Of a stretch of DNA of 53,107 nt, positions 25,333 to 35,177 are shown piece after piece. Source of the stretch: a virus (lineage: Duplodnaviria; Caudoviricetes); IMG/VR virus record IMGVR_UViG_3300024246_000006, positions 1 to 53,107 of that record; one strand, given 5' to 3'. A program made the position numbers and the translations under genes. Numbering within the stretch: the stretch's first letter is position 1; each line of letters opens with the position of its first letter. The notes below the pieces were generated by a model that was given only the letters and a program-made list of their open reading frames with translations, was not told the origin of the DNA and did not search any database.

Positions 25333-25469
25333 GCAAGTCACCGCATCACCCGAAGCTACCGAAGGAGTTCCACCGAATGGTGGAAACCGTGCTGGCGTAC
25401 AAGCCGAAGCCGAAGAGCAAGCCGGCGAAGAAGCGCGCGCGGCGGGCGAAGAAAATCGCAAGGCCATAG
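25329..25469 (+). CDS. small basic protein following the transposase
   Basis: GTGA overlap; VLAYKPKPKSKPAKKRARR. Confidence 0.55.
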   Translation: MSKSPHHPKLPKEFHRMVETVLAYKPKPKSKPAKKRARRAKKIARP

Positions 25470-26438
25470 ATGCGTTTCCTTGCTCTCGTCCTTGCGCTAT
25501 TTGTTGGCGTTGCATCATCACAGGACACACCACAGCCAAAGCGCGAACGCACAGTTACCCAGCGAGCAGAGGACAAGCGCGGAACCGAGAACGCGCCTCT
25601 TGTGATCAAGGGCGATATAACCACCAAGACTGCCGAAAAAACCGAAGAGGATAGACACGCCGAGATAGAAAAAGCGGATACCGATGCTTGGATAATGAGA
25701 TTTACTGGGCTGGCCGCATTGTTCACTATGTTGCTTGTAGTCGTTACAGGGGTTCTCGCTTGGTTCACCTATGGATTGTGGAGCGCGACCGTGGCGCTCG
25801 CCCGCGACGCCAAGGCGACTAGCGACAGACAGGCGCGAGATGTGCAAGAGTCCCTGACGGTCTCCAGACAATCCGCTGATGCAGCCAAAGCCGCAGCAGA
25901 GGCTGCGCAGGCGCAAGCACAGCTTGCTGATAACGATCTCCGACGGTCGCATCGACCTTGGATTGCGGTAACCAGCCTGAAGACATGCGGCCCGCTTGTT
26001 TTCGACGATCACGGATTCCGTGCCTGCGTTGACATTACGGTAAAAAACGGCGGCTCCTCTCCGGCAATAGGAACCACAATTCTTACTGAGATAAAAATTT
26101 CTGAATTCCCCGGAAATCCTTTGGAACAGGTTATGCAAATACATCCCCAAACAGCCATGAACTTGAGCAGCATAACCGGAGCGTTGTTGCTGCCCAACGC
26201 GGAGACAACGTGGGATCAGCGCGAAATACAAACCGTCCTCAACGTCAATTACGTCCCTAGAGCGGACGGACTGTCGGTTTGGTTGGGTGGATTTGTTGCC
26301 TACCGAGATGAATTCAACCTTCCTCACGCGACAAGCTTCTTGTTCAGATGGGTAACTCCTGAAAAGGGCGCTATAAAAGACAAGGGAGATATTCTTGGAG
26401 CCTTTCAAGACGCCGGAGTTGGAAGCGACGCCCGCTGA
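25470..26438 (+). CDS. IS passenger: exported or membrane-anchored hypothetical protein
   Basis: Signal peptide, TM segment, coiled coil and RPWI...KNGGSSPA beta domain; lower GC. Confidence 0.7.
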   Translation: MRFLALVLALFVGVASSQDTPQPKRERTVTQRAEDKRGTENAPLVIKGDITTKTAEKTEEDRHAEIEKADTDAWIMRFTGLAALFTMLLVVVTGVLAWFTYGLWSATVALARDAKATSDRQARDVQESLTVSRQSADAAKAAAEAAQAQAQLADNDLRRSHRPWIAVTSLKTCGPLVFDDHGFRACVDITVKNGGSSPAIGTTILTEIKISEFPGNPLEQVMQIHPQTAMNLSSITGALLLPNAETTWDQREIQTVLNVNYVPRADGLSVWLGGFVAYRDEFNLPHATSFLFRWVTPEKGAIKDKGDILGAFQDAGVGSDAR

Positions 26439-26583
26439 CGGAAGTAGAGCAAGGCACAACAACAATAACGAAAGCATGTTGGCAAACATGCGAGCGGCGC
26501 GCGATTTTGCAAGAGCGAAACACCGGCCTGTCGCTCGGAATTTTGGGCGTAGTGGTGTCGTGGAGTCAAGTATATAGTTCCCT

Positions 26584-26826
26584 TTATTTATGCCTGTTGG
26601 CATCTGCGATCGCCTTGAGCGCAGCGATTTCATTCCACGCATCATGCACGCGTCCGCGCAATCCCCTGACTTCCTTATCCATCTGCCGATGCCGCTCATC
26701 ATCGAGTTCCTTGTGCGCGGCGAACCCGGCTTTGAGAAGCCACAGGATCAACCCGAACAGCACGTTCACGATTCCGAACGCACTGCCAAGCGCCCACAAC
26801 AGGAAGTCTGCGAGATGACCGTTCAC
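26584..26826 (-). CDS. small TM plus coiled-coil protein (holin-like)
   Basis: GTG start 2 nt after the upstream stop; its stop codon lies in the TSD. Confidence 0.55.
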   Translation of the reverse strand: MNGHLADFLLWALGSAFGIVNVLFGLILWLLKAGFAAHKELDDERHRQMDKEVRGLRGRVHDAWNEIAALKAIADANRHK

Positions 26827-26827
26827 A

Positions 26828-27118
26828 TCACGCTTCCCGCGCCGCCTTTGCCGCAAGCAACGCGGCAGTCGCTGCGATGTAGGTATCGAGGAGAGCGGGA
26901 TCGAGCGTCGGCTCGCGCTGATCGATCCCATGCCGACTAGAATGCCCTTCGCCTGGCTGATAAATCTCCGCCGTCGCATCGCCCGACAAACCAGGATAGG
27001 CCGTCAGCGAACAGCTCGCGCAATCGGTTTGAAAATGCGCGACGGTGTCGATATAGAGGTTCGCGCCGGACTCCACGATGACGAAACCATCCGGGGTATG
27101 CTGAAAACGCGTTGTCAT
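26828..27118 (-). CDS. hypothetical protein, possible tail fibre chaperone
   Basis: Follows the tail fibre gene. Confidence 0.5.
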   Translation of the reverse strand: MTTRFQHTPDGFVIVESGANLYIDTVAHFQTDCASCSLTAYPGLSGDATAEIYQPGEGHSSRHGIDQREPTLDPALLDTYIAATAALLAAKAAREA

Positions 27119-27128
27119 GTTCGTCGCC

Positions 27129-27962
27129 TTAGAGCTTGATCATGGCGTTGAGAAACGAGGTCGGCTGCATTACGTTCGCCGCCGCCGCTGAGCCCGCATT
27201 GCTGACGGTAAGTCCAGTGGCGGCCGTATCCGTGTTTGGCGTTGACAAAGTGGAACCGGTTACCGGATTGTTGGTGCCGCCAGTCTGCGTCGTGACAAAA
27301 TTCCCGGCGCCGCCGTCAATGCTATGAACGTGTCCGGGATCGCTTACCCCGTGGCCGTGCACCGCCATCTCGGAGGATGTCTGCACGTGGGCTTCTTCAC
27401 CGAGATTTTGGCCAAGCGCGCGCGAGGTGAGCCCCGATCCAGCGCCGCCGATCGCAAGCGCCCGACCAAGCATCTTGGTCAACGCGATCTTCTTATGCGC
27501 CGCCCAGTCGGCCGCGGCGCTCGCACCACGACCGCCGGTCACTGGCGCCCAGGTGTCGCTCACGTTGGTGTAGATCAGCGTGAACAAGGCCTGCGCGTTG
27601 GAGTTCGCGTACGTCGCCCCGGAAGATGCATCGCCGATCGTGCCATCGTTGCACATGATCCAGCCGGAATCGGCGGCGGTCTTGAGGGTGAGCTTCACAT
27701 CGCCCGTGCTCCAGCCAATCGCGGAGCTGATCAACGCCAGGACCGCATCGCGCACCTGGGTCAGCGTGCCGAACGCCGGTGTGAGGCCCGCAGCGATCAC
27801 GAGCTGGTAGAGCTCCTCCGTGATCATGTGGAACCAGTACGGACCAGGCTTGGTCGCCGGCGTGGCGCTTCCCGGATCTCCCGCGGTCGGATAGCCAGCG
27901 GACGGGCTGCCTGGTGCTGAAGGCGGCGATCCGGCTGCGCCTGATTCGTATTTACGATCCAT
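27129..27962 (-). CDS. short tail fibre with collar-like domain
   Basis: WFHMITEEL Mu-S-like N-terminus; TGDVKLT...GWIMCNDG; QPTSFLNAMIKL. Confidence 0.75.
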   Translation of the reverse strand: MDRKYESGAAGSPPSAPGSPSAGYPTAGDPGSATPATKPGPYWFHMITEELYQLVIAAGLTPAFGTLTQVRDAVLALISSAIGWSTGDVKLTLKTAADSGWIMCNDGTIGDASSGATYANSNAQALFTLIYTNVSDTWAPVTGGRGASAAADWAAHKKIALTKMLGRALAIGGAGSGLTSRALGQNLGEEAHVQTSSEMAVHGHGVSDPGHVHSIDGGAGNFVTTQTGGTNNPVTGSTLSTPNTDTAATGLTVSNAGSAAAANVMQPTSFLNAMIKL

Positions 27963-27971
27963 GGTCTCTCC

Positions 27972-28562
27972 CTACGAATACGCGAAAATGACAATCGATT
28001 GCGCCGGCGCGTAACGCTTGATCTCGCACTCGAGCACGGCGTTGCTCCAGGCCGCGAGCGCGTCGCCCACGCCGCTCTCGACATCGAAAAAGATCACCGT
28101 GTTGAGCGGTGCATTGACCTGCCACGCATGCGCCCAGTCCGTTCCATAAATCGAGTCGTCGACGTCATCCACGACGCTAAACGGCTTGAACTGCGTGATC
28201 GTGATCGTGAAGCCGAGCGCCGCGGCGAACGCGATGAAATACGCGACCGACTGACCACCGCCGGCGATGAAGCGCGCGAGTACCTGCGCACGACGCTGCG
28301 CGATCGTCGGTTGATCGCCGGCACACGGATCCGGCAGGCCAAGCGTCTCCTCCCACTCCGGCAGCAGGTTGAACGTGCTCGCCGGGAACGCGTCGACCAG
28401 GAGATCATTGGCCGCACCGTTGCTCCGCGCAAAGCTCGGGCTGAAGCTCCCCAGCACCTGGAACTGCACCGAGTCGGCTTCCTTGGGCCAGACCCGGCCG
28501 CGCGGCAAAAGCGCTGCCAGCGCCGCGGAGTAGTCCGCAGCGGTGTAAATCGGCGCCGCCAT
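27972..28562 (-). CDS. baseplate protein, Mu gp48/DUF2313-like
   Basis: LLPRGRVW, LLPEWEETLGLPD and LECEIKRYAPA. Confidence 0.85.
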   Translation of the reverse strand: MAAPIYTAADYSAALAALLPRGRVWPKEADSVQFQVLGSFSPSFARSNGAANDLLVDAFPASTFNLLPEWEETLGLPDPCAGDQPTIAQRRAQVLARFIAGGGQSVAYFIAFAAALGFTITITQFKPFSVVDDVDDSIYGTDWAHAWQVNAPLNTVIFFDVESGVGDALAAWSNAVLECEIKRYAPAQSIVIFAYS

Positions 28563-28564
28563 AA

Positions 28565-29737
28565 TTACGTGTAGGTGACCGTGCCGCGGATCGGAATGGC
28601 GCCCGTGCCGCTCGTGATGTTGCTGCTCGGGCTCGTGATCACAAAGCCAGCCGTGCCTGCGATCGCGGCGATCGCGGACTCGATCGAGGAAAGATCGACC
28701 GGGCCGAACGCAAGGCCCGTCTGCGGATCGATCGCACCGCCTGGTGCGCCCTCGCGTACGAACACGTCATCGATCGCCGCAGCGATCGCCGCCTTCGTAT
28801 CGCTCGACGCGCCGGAGATCCCGTTGATCGTGAAGTTCACCGTGTTCGCCGTGGGCGCCACCGCGTACACGAGCGCAGTCACCGGCTGCAGCGCAAAGAT
28901 ATGGTTCGCCACCGCGAGCTGATCACCGGTGGCGGCGCTATCGCGCGTCTCCGCAGCCGCCACGCCGTCGGTGCCTTGCGGGAAGCCGTTATGCACCGCT
29001 TCGGCAACGTCGAACATCATGCGCACGATCACCGTGCCGGCACCCAGGCCGTGCGGCGTCACCCAGGCGCGCGTCACACCAGGTACCGCGAGCGCCCATT
29101 CGACGTAGTCCTCTGCGTCACCTCCCTGGGGCGGCGCCTGGTACGCGAGCAGCATGCGGTTACGCAAGCTCGCATCGGTTTCGACATCGGCGCCGCCGGT
29201 GAGCGCCGAGGATGTAGCGCTCGAGCTCACGCCGGGAATCGCGGTGCCGAGCGTCAGAACAGTCCCCGAATCCGCGTTACCAGACGCGCCTCCTCCGCCT
29301 GGATTTGTGATCGGATCAACCGGAGGTAGCACCGCCGTGATTGCTGCGGAGATCGTCCCGCCGCCGCCGATGGTCGCATCGGCATTGGTCTTGTACTGGT
29401 ACCCATCGCCGCGGGAAAGCAGCGTGCTCGCTGGAATGAGCGTGCCGCTGGTACCGGTAAAAGTAACTGATCCGGTCGCGGTGGACGCCGCGTTGCGCGT
29501 AATGCCCTTGAGCGCCGCCCAGCCCTCGAGGAACTCTTCAGTCGCAGTGTACGGGACCGCTTGGAGAGCAATGAAGTCAAGGTACCCGTAGTGCAAATGC
29601 GCGAGGCCGGCAAGAGATTTCCCCAGAATGGCGACGTTGGAAAAGCGCAGCAGCCCATCGGCGCCGGGGATCGCGGCGTTGATGTCCGCGGCGACCTGGC
29701 CGCGGAGCTGCGAGAGTGTGGGGCGCTGAAAGGGCAT
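28565..29737 (-). CDS. baseplate J / Mu gp47-like
   Basis: GGADVETDASLR...PQGGDAEDYVEWALAVPGVTRAWV. Confidence 0.9.
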   Translation of the reverse strand: MPFQRPTLSQLRGQVAADINAAIPGADGLLRFSNVAILGKSLAGLAHLHYGYLDFIALQAVPYTATEEFLEGWAALKGITRNAASTATGSVTFTGTSGTLIPASTLLSRGDGYQYKTNADATIGGGGTISAAITAVLPPVDPITNPGGGGASGNADSGTVLTLGTAIPGVSSSATSSALTGGADVETDASLRNRMLLAYQAPPQGGDAEDYVEWALAVPGVTRAWVTPHGLGAGTVIVRMMFDVAEAVHNGFPQGTDGVAAAETRDSAATGDQLAVANHIFALQPVTALVYAVAPTANTVNFTINGISGASSDTKAAIAAAIDDVFVREGAPGGAIDPQTGLAFGPVDLSSIESAIAAIAGTAGFVITSPSSNITSGTGAIPIRGTVTYT

Positions 29738-29738
29738 A

Positions 29739-30185
29739 TCAGTTCACCTGGTTCCAAGCCCAGCCGAAACGCATGGTCTCGGTGGCGCCGTCACGTTTTT
29801 TCAGAGCAACCTGCACGCCCAGCATGTTCGGTATCACAATCTGCGTTGCAATTTCGATGCCGACCGCAACGCCGTCATCGAGCATCCACTGCAGCGACTC
29901 CGCGATATAGTCACGCGCGCGCGCAGCCACTTCCTCGGTCAGCTTCGAGCGATCAAGGAGCCACAGCCGCGACACGAGCGGCTTGTCGTCGCCGGCGTTG
30001 CCCCACCAGCCGCGCCGGTCGGTCGTCCCGTCCGGGATCACATCGTCCGCGTGCGCCTCGCCATCGGTGAAGATGCTGATCAGCACCGCGGTGGCGAGAT
30101 CGTTACCGGTGGCGAGCTGCGCGCCGGCAAGCAGCCAATCCCCGCGCGAATTGGCGACATCCCAAACGGTCGCGATATCGCTCAT
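29739..30185 (-). CDS. Mu gp46-like baseplate protein
   Basis: AVLISIFTD, RGWWG and SRLWLL. Confidence 0.9.
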   Translation of the reverse strand: MSDIATVWDVANSRGDWLLAGAQLATGNDLATAVLISIFTDGEAHADDVIPDGTTDRRGWWGNAGDDKPLVSRLWLLDRSKLTEEVAARARDYIAESLQWMLDDGVAVGIEIATQIVIPNMLGVQVALKKRDGATETMRFGWAWNQVN

Positions 30186-30706
30186 GGAATCTCAGGTGGC
30201 GCGTGGTTGTGATGCGGTTTCGCGACGTCATTGTCCTGCCAGGTCTCCACGCCCGAGCCATCCCATTTTTGCCCCTGGCCATTCACGTCGAACTTGAAAG
30301 TTGTCGACGCATGCAGATCGATCACGGGCGCCTCGAAGCGAATCGAAATCGGGCTGTGCACCACGATCCCATTCGGCGTCAGGCGCACGTACTGACCGAA
30401 GTTGTCGTACACGATCGCCTCGCCTGCCGCGAGATTGCGCGGCCTCGAGGGCTGGTGATTCGTCGCGATGATGATCGCTTCACTGCGCTCACCGCCGATA
30501 AAGACAACCACGGCATCGGAGCCAACCGGTGGCATCGATGAAAAACCGAACTCCGCGATTCGCGGCGTATTGTCGCGGACCTCCAGCGCGTTCAATTGCA
30601 TCTGCAATTGCTGCGCATCGCCGGAATCGTCACCGGCACGAATACGGACGCGCCCGATCATCCAGAGAATTCGGCGCCGCGCCCATTCCATGAATGCACC
30701 GCTCAC
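30182..30706 (-). CDS. baseplate spike, Mu gp45/gpV-like
   Basis: FGFSSMPP, GEAIVYD and C-terminal HxH. Confidence 0.85.
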   Translation of the reverse strand: MSGAFMEWARRRILWMIGRVRIRAGDDSGDAQQLQMQLNALEVRDNTPRIAEFGFSSMPPVGSDAVVVFIGGERSEAIIIATNHQPSRPRNLAAGEAIVYDNFGQYVRLTPNGIVVHSPISIRFEAPVIDLHASTTFKFDVNGQGQKWDGSGVETWQDNDVAKPHHNHAPPEIP

Positions 30707-31788
30707 TGAGGCGCACCGACGGGCTTGATTTCAGCGATCGCTATTGGCGGCCGCAGCGGCTCGGGGAGAAAACCCTCCCGAGGCATCACGATCAACTCCG
30801 CGTGCGTTCCTTTGTCATCGCGTCCGTAGTCCACTTCAGCAATGAGCCATGTCACGCGCCCGACCTTGAGATTCGGCAACTCCAAAGGCACCAACCAATT
30901 TGGTTGCCAGAGCTTGCCATCGCGATCGCGCCAGGAGTCGACACGAACGCGCACAGCATGACCACGTCCAGATCGCGCTGCCGCATCCCAATAGGCTCGG
31001 CGTTGCGCTATATCCGCGCCACCAGTGCCAGGCTCACTGACGATGATCCGGCGTCTTAATCTCAAAACCTCCGGATCGCGCGCTATGGAGATGATGTTGG
31101 CCTCCTCATCGCTTACTTCCTTGTAAGGAGCAATCGACATCCGAATGGCCAAGTATTCGGAATAGCGTTGATCGATCGCCCAGATATAAGTCCCTTCTTC
31201 GACGTTTGATCCCTCAACAACGCCGCTCGCATGCGTTTCGACGCCAACATCGGAAATCAGCAAATCACCGGTCGGCAGCTCGTAAACGAGCTTGGCCTGG
31301 TAACGCGCGACCTTTTCGATTATGTCGAATGTGCTCTCGCCGAGGTTCAGGTTGAATTGCTCGACGATAGTACCGGGATCGTTGGCCGCGATCGCGCGAA
31401 TGCCATACGGTTCGCAGAGCTTTTGCGCCATGCCCAGCAGCGTCGAATTGCTGATCTGGCCACCCGGCCAGATGGCGGCGCAATCCACCAGATCCTGACA
31501 TTTCCCGCGACCGATCACGCGGATGCTGTGCTCTCCGGCAGCGTAGTGCGGGATTACCCGATCGATATAGCCCGTTGTGACTATATCCTCACCAAGGCGC
31601 ACTTCGCAGATGTCGCCCGGCTCCACGGTCAACTGATCGGCCTCGCCGGGCGTTAACTCCGTCATCTCAATCTCGAAGTCGCTCGGCATACGCTCGATGC
31701 TTCGACTCACGCGAATATTGGTCCAGCCTGAAAAAGCGCGGAGGCTGTCCACACTTCGGCCGGCAATCAGCGTAAGATCGTCTTGCAT
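30703..31788 (-). CDS. baseplate hub, Mu gp44/P-like
   Basis: GWTNIRVSRSIE, DLVDC and LWQPN. Confidence 0.85.
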   Translation of the reverse strand: MQDDLTLIAGRSVDSLRAFSGWTNIRVSRSIERMPSDFEIEMTELTPGEADQLTVEPGDICEVRLGEDIVTTGYIDRVIPHYAAGEHSIRVIGRGKCQDLVDCAAIWPGGQISNSTLLGMAQKLCEPYGIRAIAANDPGTIVEQFNLNLGESTFDIIEKVARYQAKLVYELPTGDLLISDVGVETHASGVVEGSNVEEGTYIWAIDQRYSEYLAIRMSIAPYKEVSDEEANIISIARDPEVLRLRRRIIVSEPGTGGADIAQRRAYWDAAARSGRGHAVRVRVDSWRDRDGKLWQPNWLVPLELPNLKVGRVTWLIAEVDYGRDDKGTHAELIVMPREGFLPEPLRPPIAIAEIKPVGAPQ

Positions 31789-31803
31789 GCTTGGGAGTCC
31801 GAC

Positions 31804-32031
31804 ATGATCAAGATTTTCATTCTGACGGCCATTGGATACGCGCCGGGAGACGTTGCATATTTTTACCAAAAGGCCGACTGTGAGGCCTTCGGAATTCAAT
31901 ACGTTCAGGAGCGCTCAGCAACCGCGAGAGGCCGCCCTTTCAACGTCTATTGCTATCCCGCCGAAGTCGATGCCAAGCTCGCCAAGCTCGTGCGTGGCAC
32001 CCCAGCCTCACTCAAGAAGACAGCGCCCTGA
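31804..32031 (+). CDS. small counter-oriented hypothetical protein
   Basis: GGGAG RBS; fills the gap between two tail genes. Confidence 0.45.
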   Translation: MIKIFILTAIGYAPGDVAYFYQKADCEAFGIQYVQERSATARGRPFNVYCYPAEVDAKLAKLVRGTPASLKKTAP

Positions 32032-32575
32032 AGCTCGCCGGCATAAACGCCGGATGCCGCGGATTGCCCTGCGCCACCAGATCGTCTGAACGCCCCGGGT
32101 CCTGATACAACCGCTGCGCCAGCGACAATGCCGGCGTCACACTCCGCGTCGACACCGTCTGCACCGCAGCCAAGTTCGCACCGCGTGCAGCCAGGTCCGC
32201 AACCACCGCCTGGCGCAACTCGCGCAGCGCCTGGTAGCTCGCATCCTCACCCTGATCGCCGGCAATCGTGATCTCGGCATCGAGCAAATCCGCGATGCGA
32301 TCACGCACCGCGATTGCATCGTCGTACGAACTCGGCTGATAAAGCGAGCTCGCCCGCGCCAAGGCGATCACCGCCGAGCGCCGGAACAAATCCCCGCACG
32401 CACCCTGCATCGTCGCCTGCGCAATCCCGATCGCGGAGCTCGTCGTCATCGCACGCGGCGTGAAGTCGGCGAGCTGCTCGAGCAGGTCAAGCGCATCCGC
32501 AGGATTCACCGTCGCACCCAGGAGCGCCGCGGCGATCGCCTGCGCGGCGGCCGCTACATCGTCCGGCGCACTCAT
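32012..32575 (-). CDS. DNA circularisation protein, C-terminal part
   Basis: PALSLAQRLYQDPGR...NPRHPAFMP (Mu gpN-like C-terminus). Confidence 0.8.
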   Translation of the reverse strand: MSAPDDVAAAAQAIAAALLGATVNPADALDLLEQLADFTPRAMTTSSAIGIAQATMQGACGDLFRRSAVIALARASSLYQPSSYDDAIAVRDRIADLLDAEITIAGDQGEDASYQALRELRQAVVADLAARGANLAAVQTVSTRSVTPALSLAQRLYQDPGRSDDLVAQGNPRHPAFMPASFRALSS

Positions 32576-33594
32576 AGTGAAAGCCCTGCAACGTTCGCAT
32601 TCAGCACACCGATCGCCGCGCCCATGTTCGAACGCACCTGCGCGCCCTGCGCCAGGATGCTCGGCACCACCGAAGTTATATCGATCTGACTCGCCGCCGA
32701 GCGCGCGAGCCCGGCAATCTGCGACATATCGATCGAGGGCAATCCGACACCGCTAAGCGCCCCAGTCACCGCGCTGCTCACGCCAGACGCGAGCGAACCG
32801 ATTCCTCCGAGGCTCACCCCCGCCGACAACGGCCCGGCCAGCCCAGCGGCCCCTATCGCGGCGAAGCGGCCCAAATTACCGGGAAGCATCCCCAGCAGGT
32901 TCTTCGCGTTGGTTGCATTGCTGATCAGGCGCTCGGCAAACCGGCCCCAGGTGCCCGCAGTGCTGATCGCCATGCTCACTACCGCCGCGCCCTGCTTCAA
33001 GGCGCCCAATGCGCTCGATACAAAGTCGCCTTTCGCCGCCACATCAGCAGCCGCAGCCGCGGCCAGGATCGCATTGCCGGTCGATACGGTGATCGAAGGG
33101 AAAAGCTTCTGCCCAGACTCGATGAACGTGAACGAGATCTCGAAGTAGCGCCCGGCGTCCCAGCGTTCCACGCATTGGAAGCCGCCCTCGGCCAAGCTCA
33201 CCGTCAAACGCCCCAGCGTCGGGTGCACCAGGATCGCCGGCCCGGCCAGCTCGGCAGCATCCACCATGCGCGCGCGCTGGTTCAGCACCGCACCGCCGCC
33301 ATAGATCGAGGAGTTCTCGACCAGGAACCCGGCCATGTTGATGCGCCGCGTCGAGCGCCCAAGATCCTCCACCCACGGAATATCGCGATACGGATACTCG
33401 TGCACCGCGACGCGCCGGCCGAAGCGCGCCTCGCCGGTCAGAACCGCGAAAGGCACTCCGCGAAAAGACGCGCGCTGCAACTGAGCGAACCACGGCGCCG
33501 CCGGCGCCGCGCCGAATGGCCCGAGAAGATGGCCGAGCGTGCCGTTGACGAGCTGGCCGACGTTCTGGACCTGCTGGATGATATCGCCGCTCAC
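32572..33594 (-). CDS. DNA circularisation protein, N-terminal part
   Basis: ASFRGVPF, GRRVAVHEYPYRD, EDLGR and LVHPTLG. Confidence 0.85.
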   Translation of the reverse strand: MSGDIIQQVQNVGQLVNGTLGHLLGPFGAAPAAPWFAQLQRASFRGVPFAVLTGEARFGRRVAVHEYPYRDIPWVEDLGRSTRRINMAGFLVENSSIYGGGAVLNQRARMVDAAELAGPAILVHPTLGRLTVSLAEGGFQCVERWDAGRYFEISFTFIESGQKLFPSITVSTGNAILAAAAAADVAAKGDFVSSALGALKQGAAVVSMAISTAGTWGRFAERLISNATNAKNLLGMLPGNLGRFAAIGAAGLAGPLSAGVSLGGIGSLASGVSSAVTGALSGVGLPSIDMSQIAGLARSAASQIDITSVVPSILAQGAQVRSNMGAAIGVLNANVAGLSL

Positions 33595-35177
33595 GACGTT
33601 TCTTCAGCGAGCCTGTTGTTGAGCCGGATCTTGGCGCCGGACTCGCGCCCGTCATTGAGCACCCGCGCGCGCGTGCCGGCCGGCGCACCGGTAATCGATA
33701 CTTCGACCTCCACCTTTTGCCGCTGCGCGACCGCCTGGTCGACCAGCGCACCGTAGGGATTGCGCCCGTTCTCGTGCATGATCATCGCATTGACCAACGA
33801 GCTCATCATCTTCGGATCGTTCAAATCGAGCGGCGCGTTGGGCGCGACGTTGCCCATGCGCTTGCTCACGTCCGCGATGTACGCGGCCGTGTTGTTCTCG
33901 CTCGATGGCGCATAGGTGCTGATGATGCCGCCCAGCGTGTTGATGCCGCGCTTGTTGTAGAGCCCTAGCTGCTTCACCATCGCGCCGACCCCCTCAGCAG
34001 GCGTGGCGAACTGCGCATAGCCGCCCACGACCGGCGTATTGCCCCACTTCCTCAGATTGCCTGGGTTGTTGTTGCGTATACCGCGCGTAGCGAATGCTTC
34101 GCCGAGCTTCGCCCCGGCCTCCATGCCGCGCGCGATGATGTTCGGCGGCGAGAACGCGCTCACCGCATCGACGACGGGTTTGTATTTCTCCTTCTTGTCA
34201 GCCGCCCATTTCGTGAGATCGCGCACGCCGATCACGATCTCTTTCACCGCGACGGCGAATTCCTTGGCCTCGGAAAGCGCGCCCTTGAAGTCGAACTCCT
34301 TGAGCCACTTTCCGATCGTCTCCGCCATCTTCGGCGTGTTCTCGTGCAGCCATTTCGTGGACTCCACCACGAAGGCCCGGATCACCGGGATCAGCTCATT
34401 GCCGATCGCATCACGGGCTTCCAGCACATTGAGCTTGAGCTCTTCGAACTTCTCCGCGAATTTCTCCGCGCGATCGAGCGCCGCCTGCGACATGATCGGC
34501 GAGCGCTTTTCCAGCTCCTGAATGCCCTTGCTCCCCTTGCGCAACATCGGCAGCAGATGCTCGACGCCGAACTGCTGCGCGATCAGGCGCTGCACGTACG
34601 GGTTCTTCATGCTCGCGATTGCATCCGCGATGTCGTAGAGCCCGCGCACCGCGTCGGGCGTGCCGTCCGCGGTCTTGTGGATCTCGATGTTGAGTTTTCG
34701 CATCAGGAGCACGGCCTGCTCGTTGCGGCCGAAGAGCGCATCCTCCATCGTCTTACCGACCGATTCGAGCCCGGCATCTAGAGACTCGGCCTCGATGCCG
34801 GTCAAGCGCGCCGCTCCGCGCAATCCCATCAGCCGCGCGCCGCCGATACCGATGTTGGCAGCCGCGTAGTTGACCGTGCGCCCGAGATTCATCCATTCGC
34901 GCGCGAATTCGAAGAGGAGACCGCCGCCGGCCGCGGCGACGGCGGCAACTTTCTTTCCTACCGACCAGACATGCTCGCCGGTCCATTTCGCGGCGCGCCC
35001 AACCGCCATGATGCCGCGCACCGGCAGCATCTTGCCGATCTCGCGGCCCATCATCTGCAATGAGCGGCCGATCTGCATCGGCCCGCGCAGCATCTGCGAG
35101 GTGGCGTTGTTGATGCCTTTGATCGTCTTGGTGTAGCGGTCGACCGCGGAGATCGTGATCTTGAAGGTGGTGTTCAT
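33591..35177 (-). CDS. tape measure protein with C-terminal lysozyme-like domain
   Basis: Helical N-terminal region; RGIRNNNPGNLR...YAPSSENNTAAY...HENG. Confidence 0.8.
   Translation of the reverse strand: MNTTFKITISAVDRYTKTIKGINNATSQMLRGPMQIGRSLQMMGREIGKMLPVRGIMAVGRAAKWTGEHVWSVGKKVAAVAAAGGGLLFEFAREWMNLGRTVNYAAANIGIGGARLMGLRGAARLTGIEAESLDAGLESVGKTMEDALFGRNEQAVLLMRKLNIEIHKTADGTPDAVRGLYDIADAIASMKNPYVQRLIAQQFGVEHLLPMLRKGSKGIQELEKRSPIMSQAALDRAEKFAEKFEELKLNVLEARDAIGNELIPVIRAFVVESTKWLHENTPKMAETIGKWLKEFDFKGALSEAKEFAVAVKEIVIGVRDLTKWAADKKEKYKPVVDAVSAFSPPNIIARGMEAGAKLGEAFATRGIRNNNPGNLRKWGNTPVVGGYAQFATPAEGVGAMVKQLGLYNKRGINTLGGIISTYAPSSENNTAAYIADVSKRMGNVAPNAPLDLNDPKMMSSLVNAMIMHENGRNPYGALVDQAVAQRQKVEVEVSITGAPAGTRARVLNDGRESGAKIRLNNRLAEETS

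Larger units (their letters stand above)
24333..26582 (+). mobile_element. IS1595-family element carrying passenger genes (2250 bp)
   Basis: Perfect 22-bp terminal IRs GGGAACTATATACTTGACTCCA (24333-24354 and 26561-26582); 8-bp TSD TTTATTTA (24325-24332 and 26583-26590). Confidence 0.95.

Noticed and set aside
27129-27962. Tail fibre as a DGR target
   Set aside because: No TR-like sequence was seen by eye on either strand in this or other late genes.
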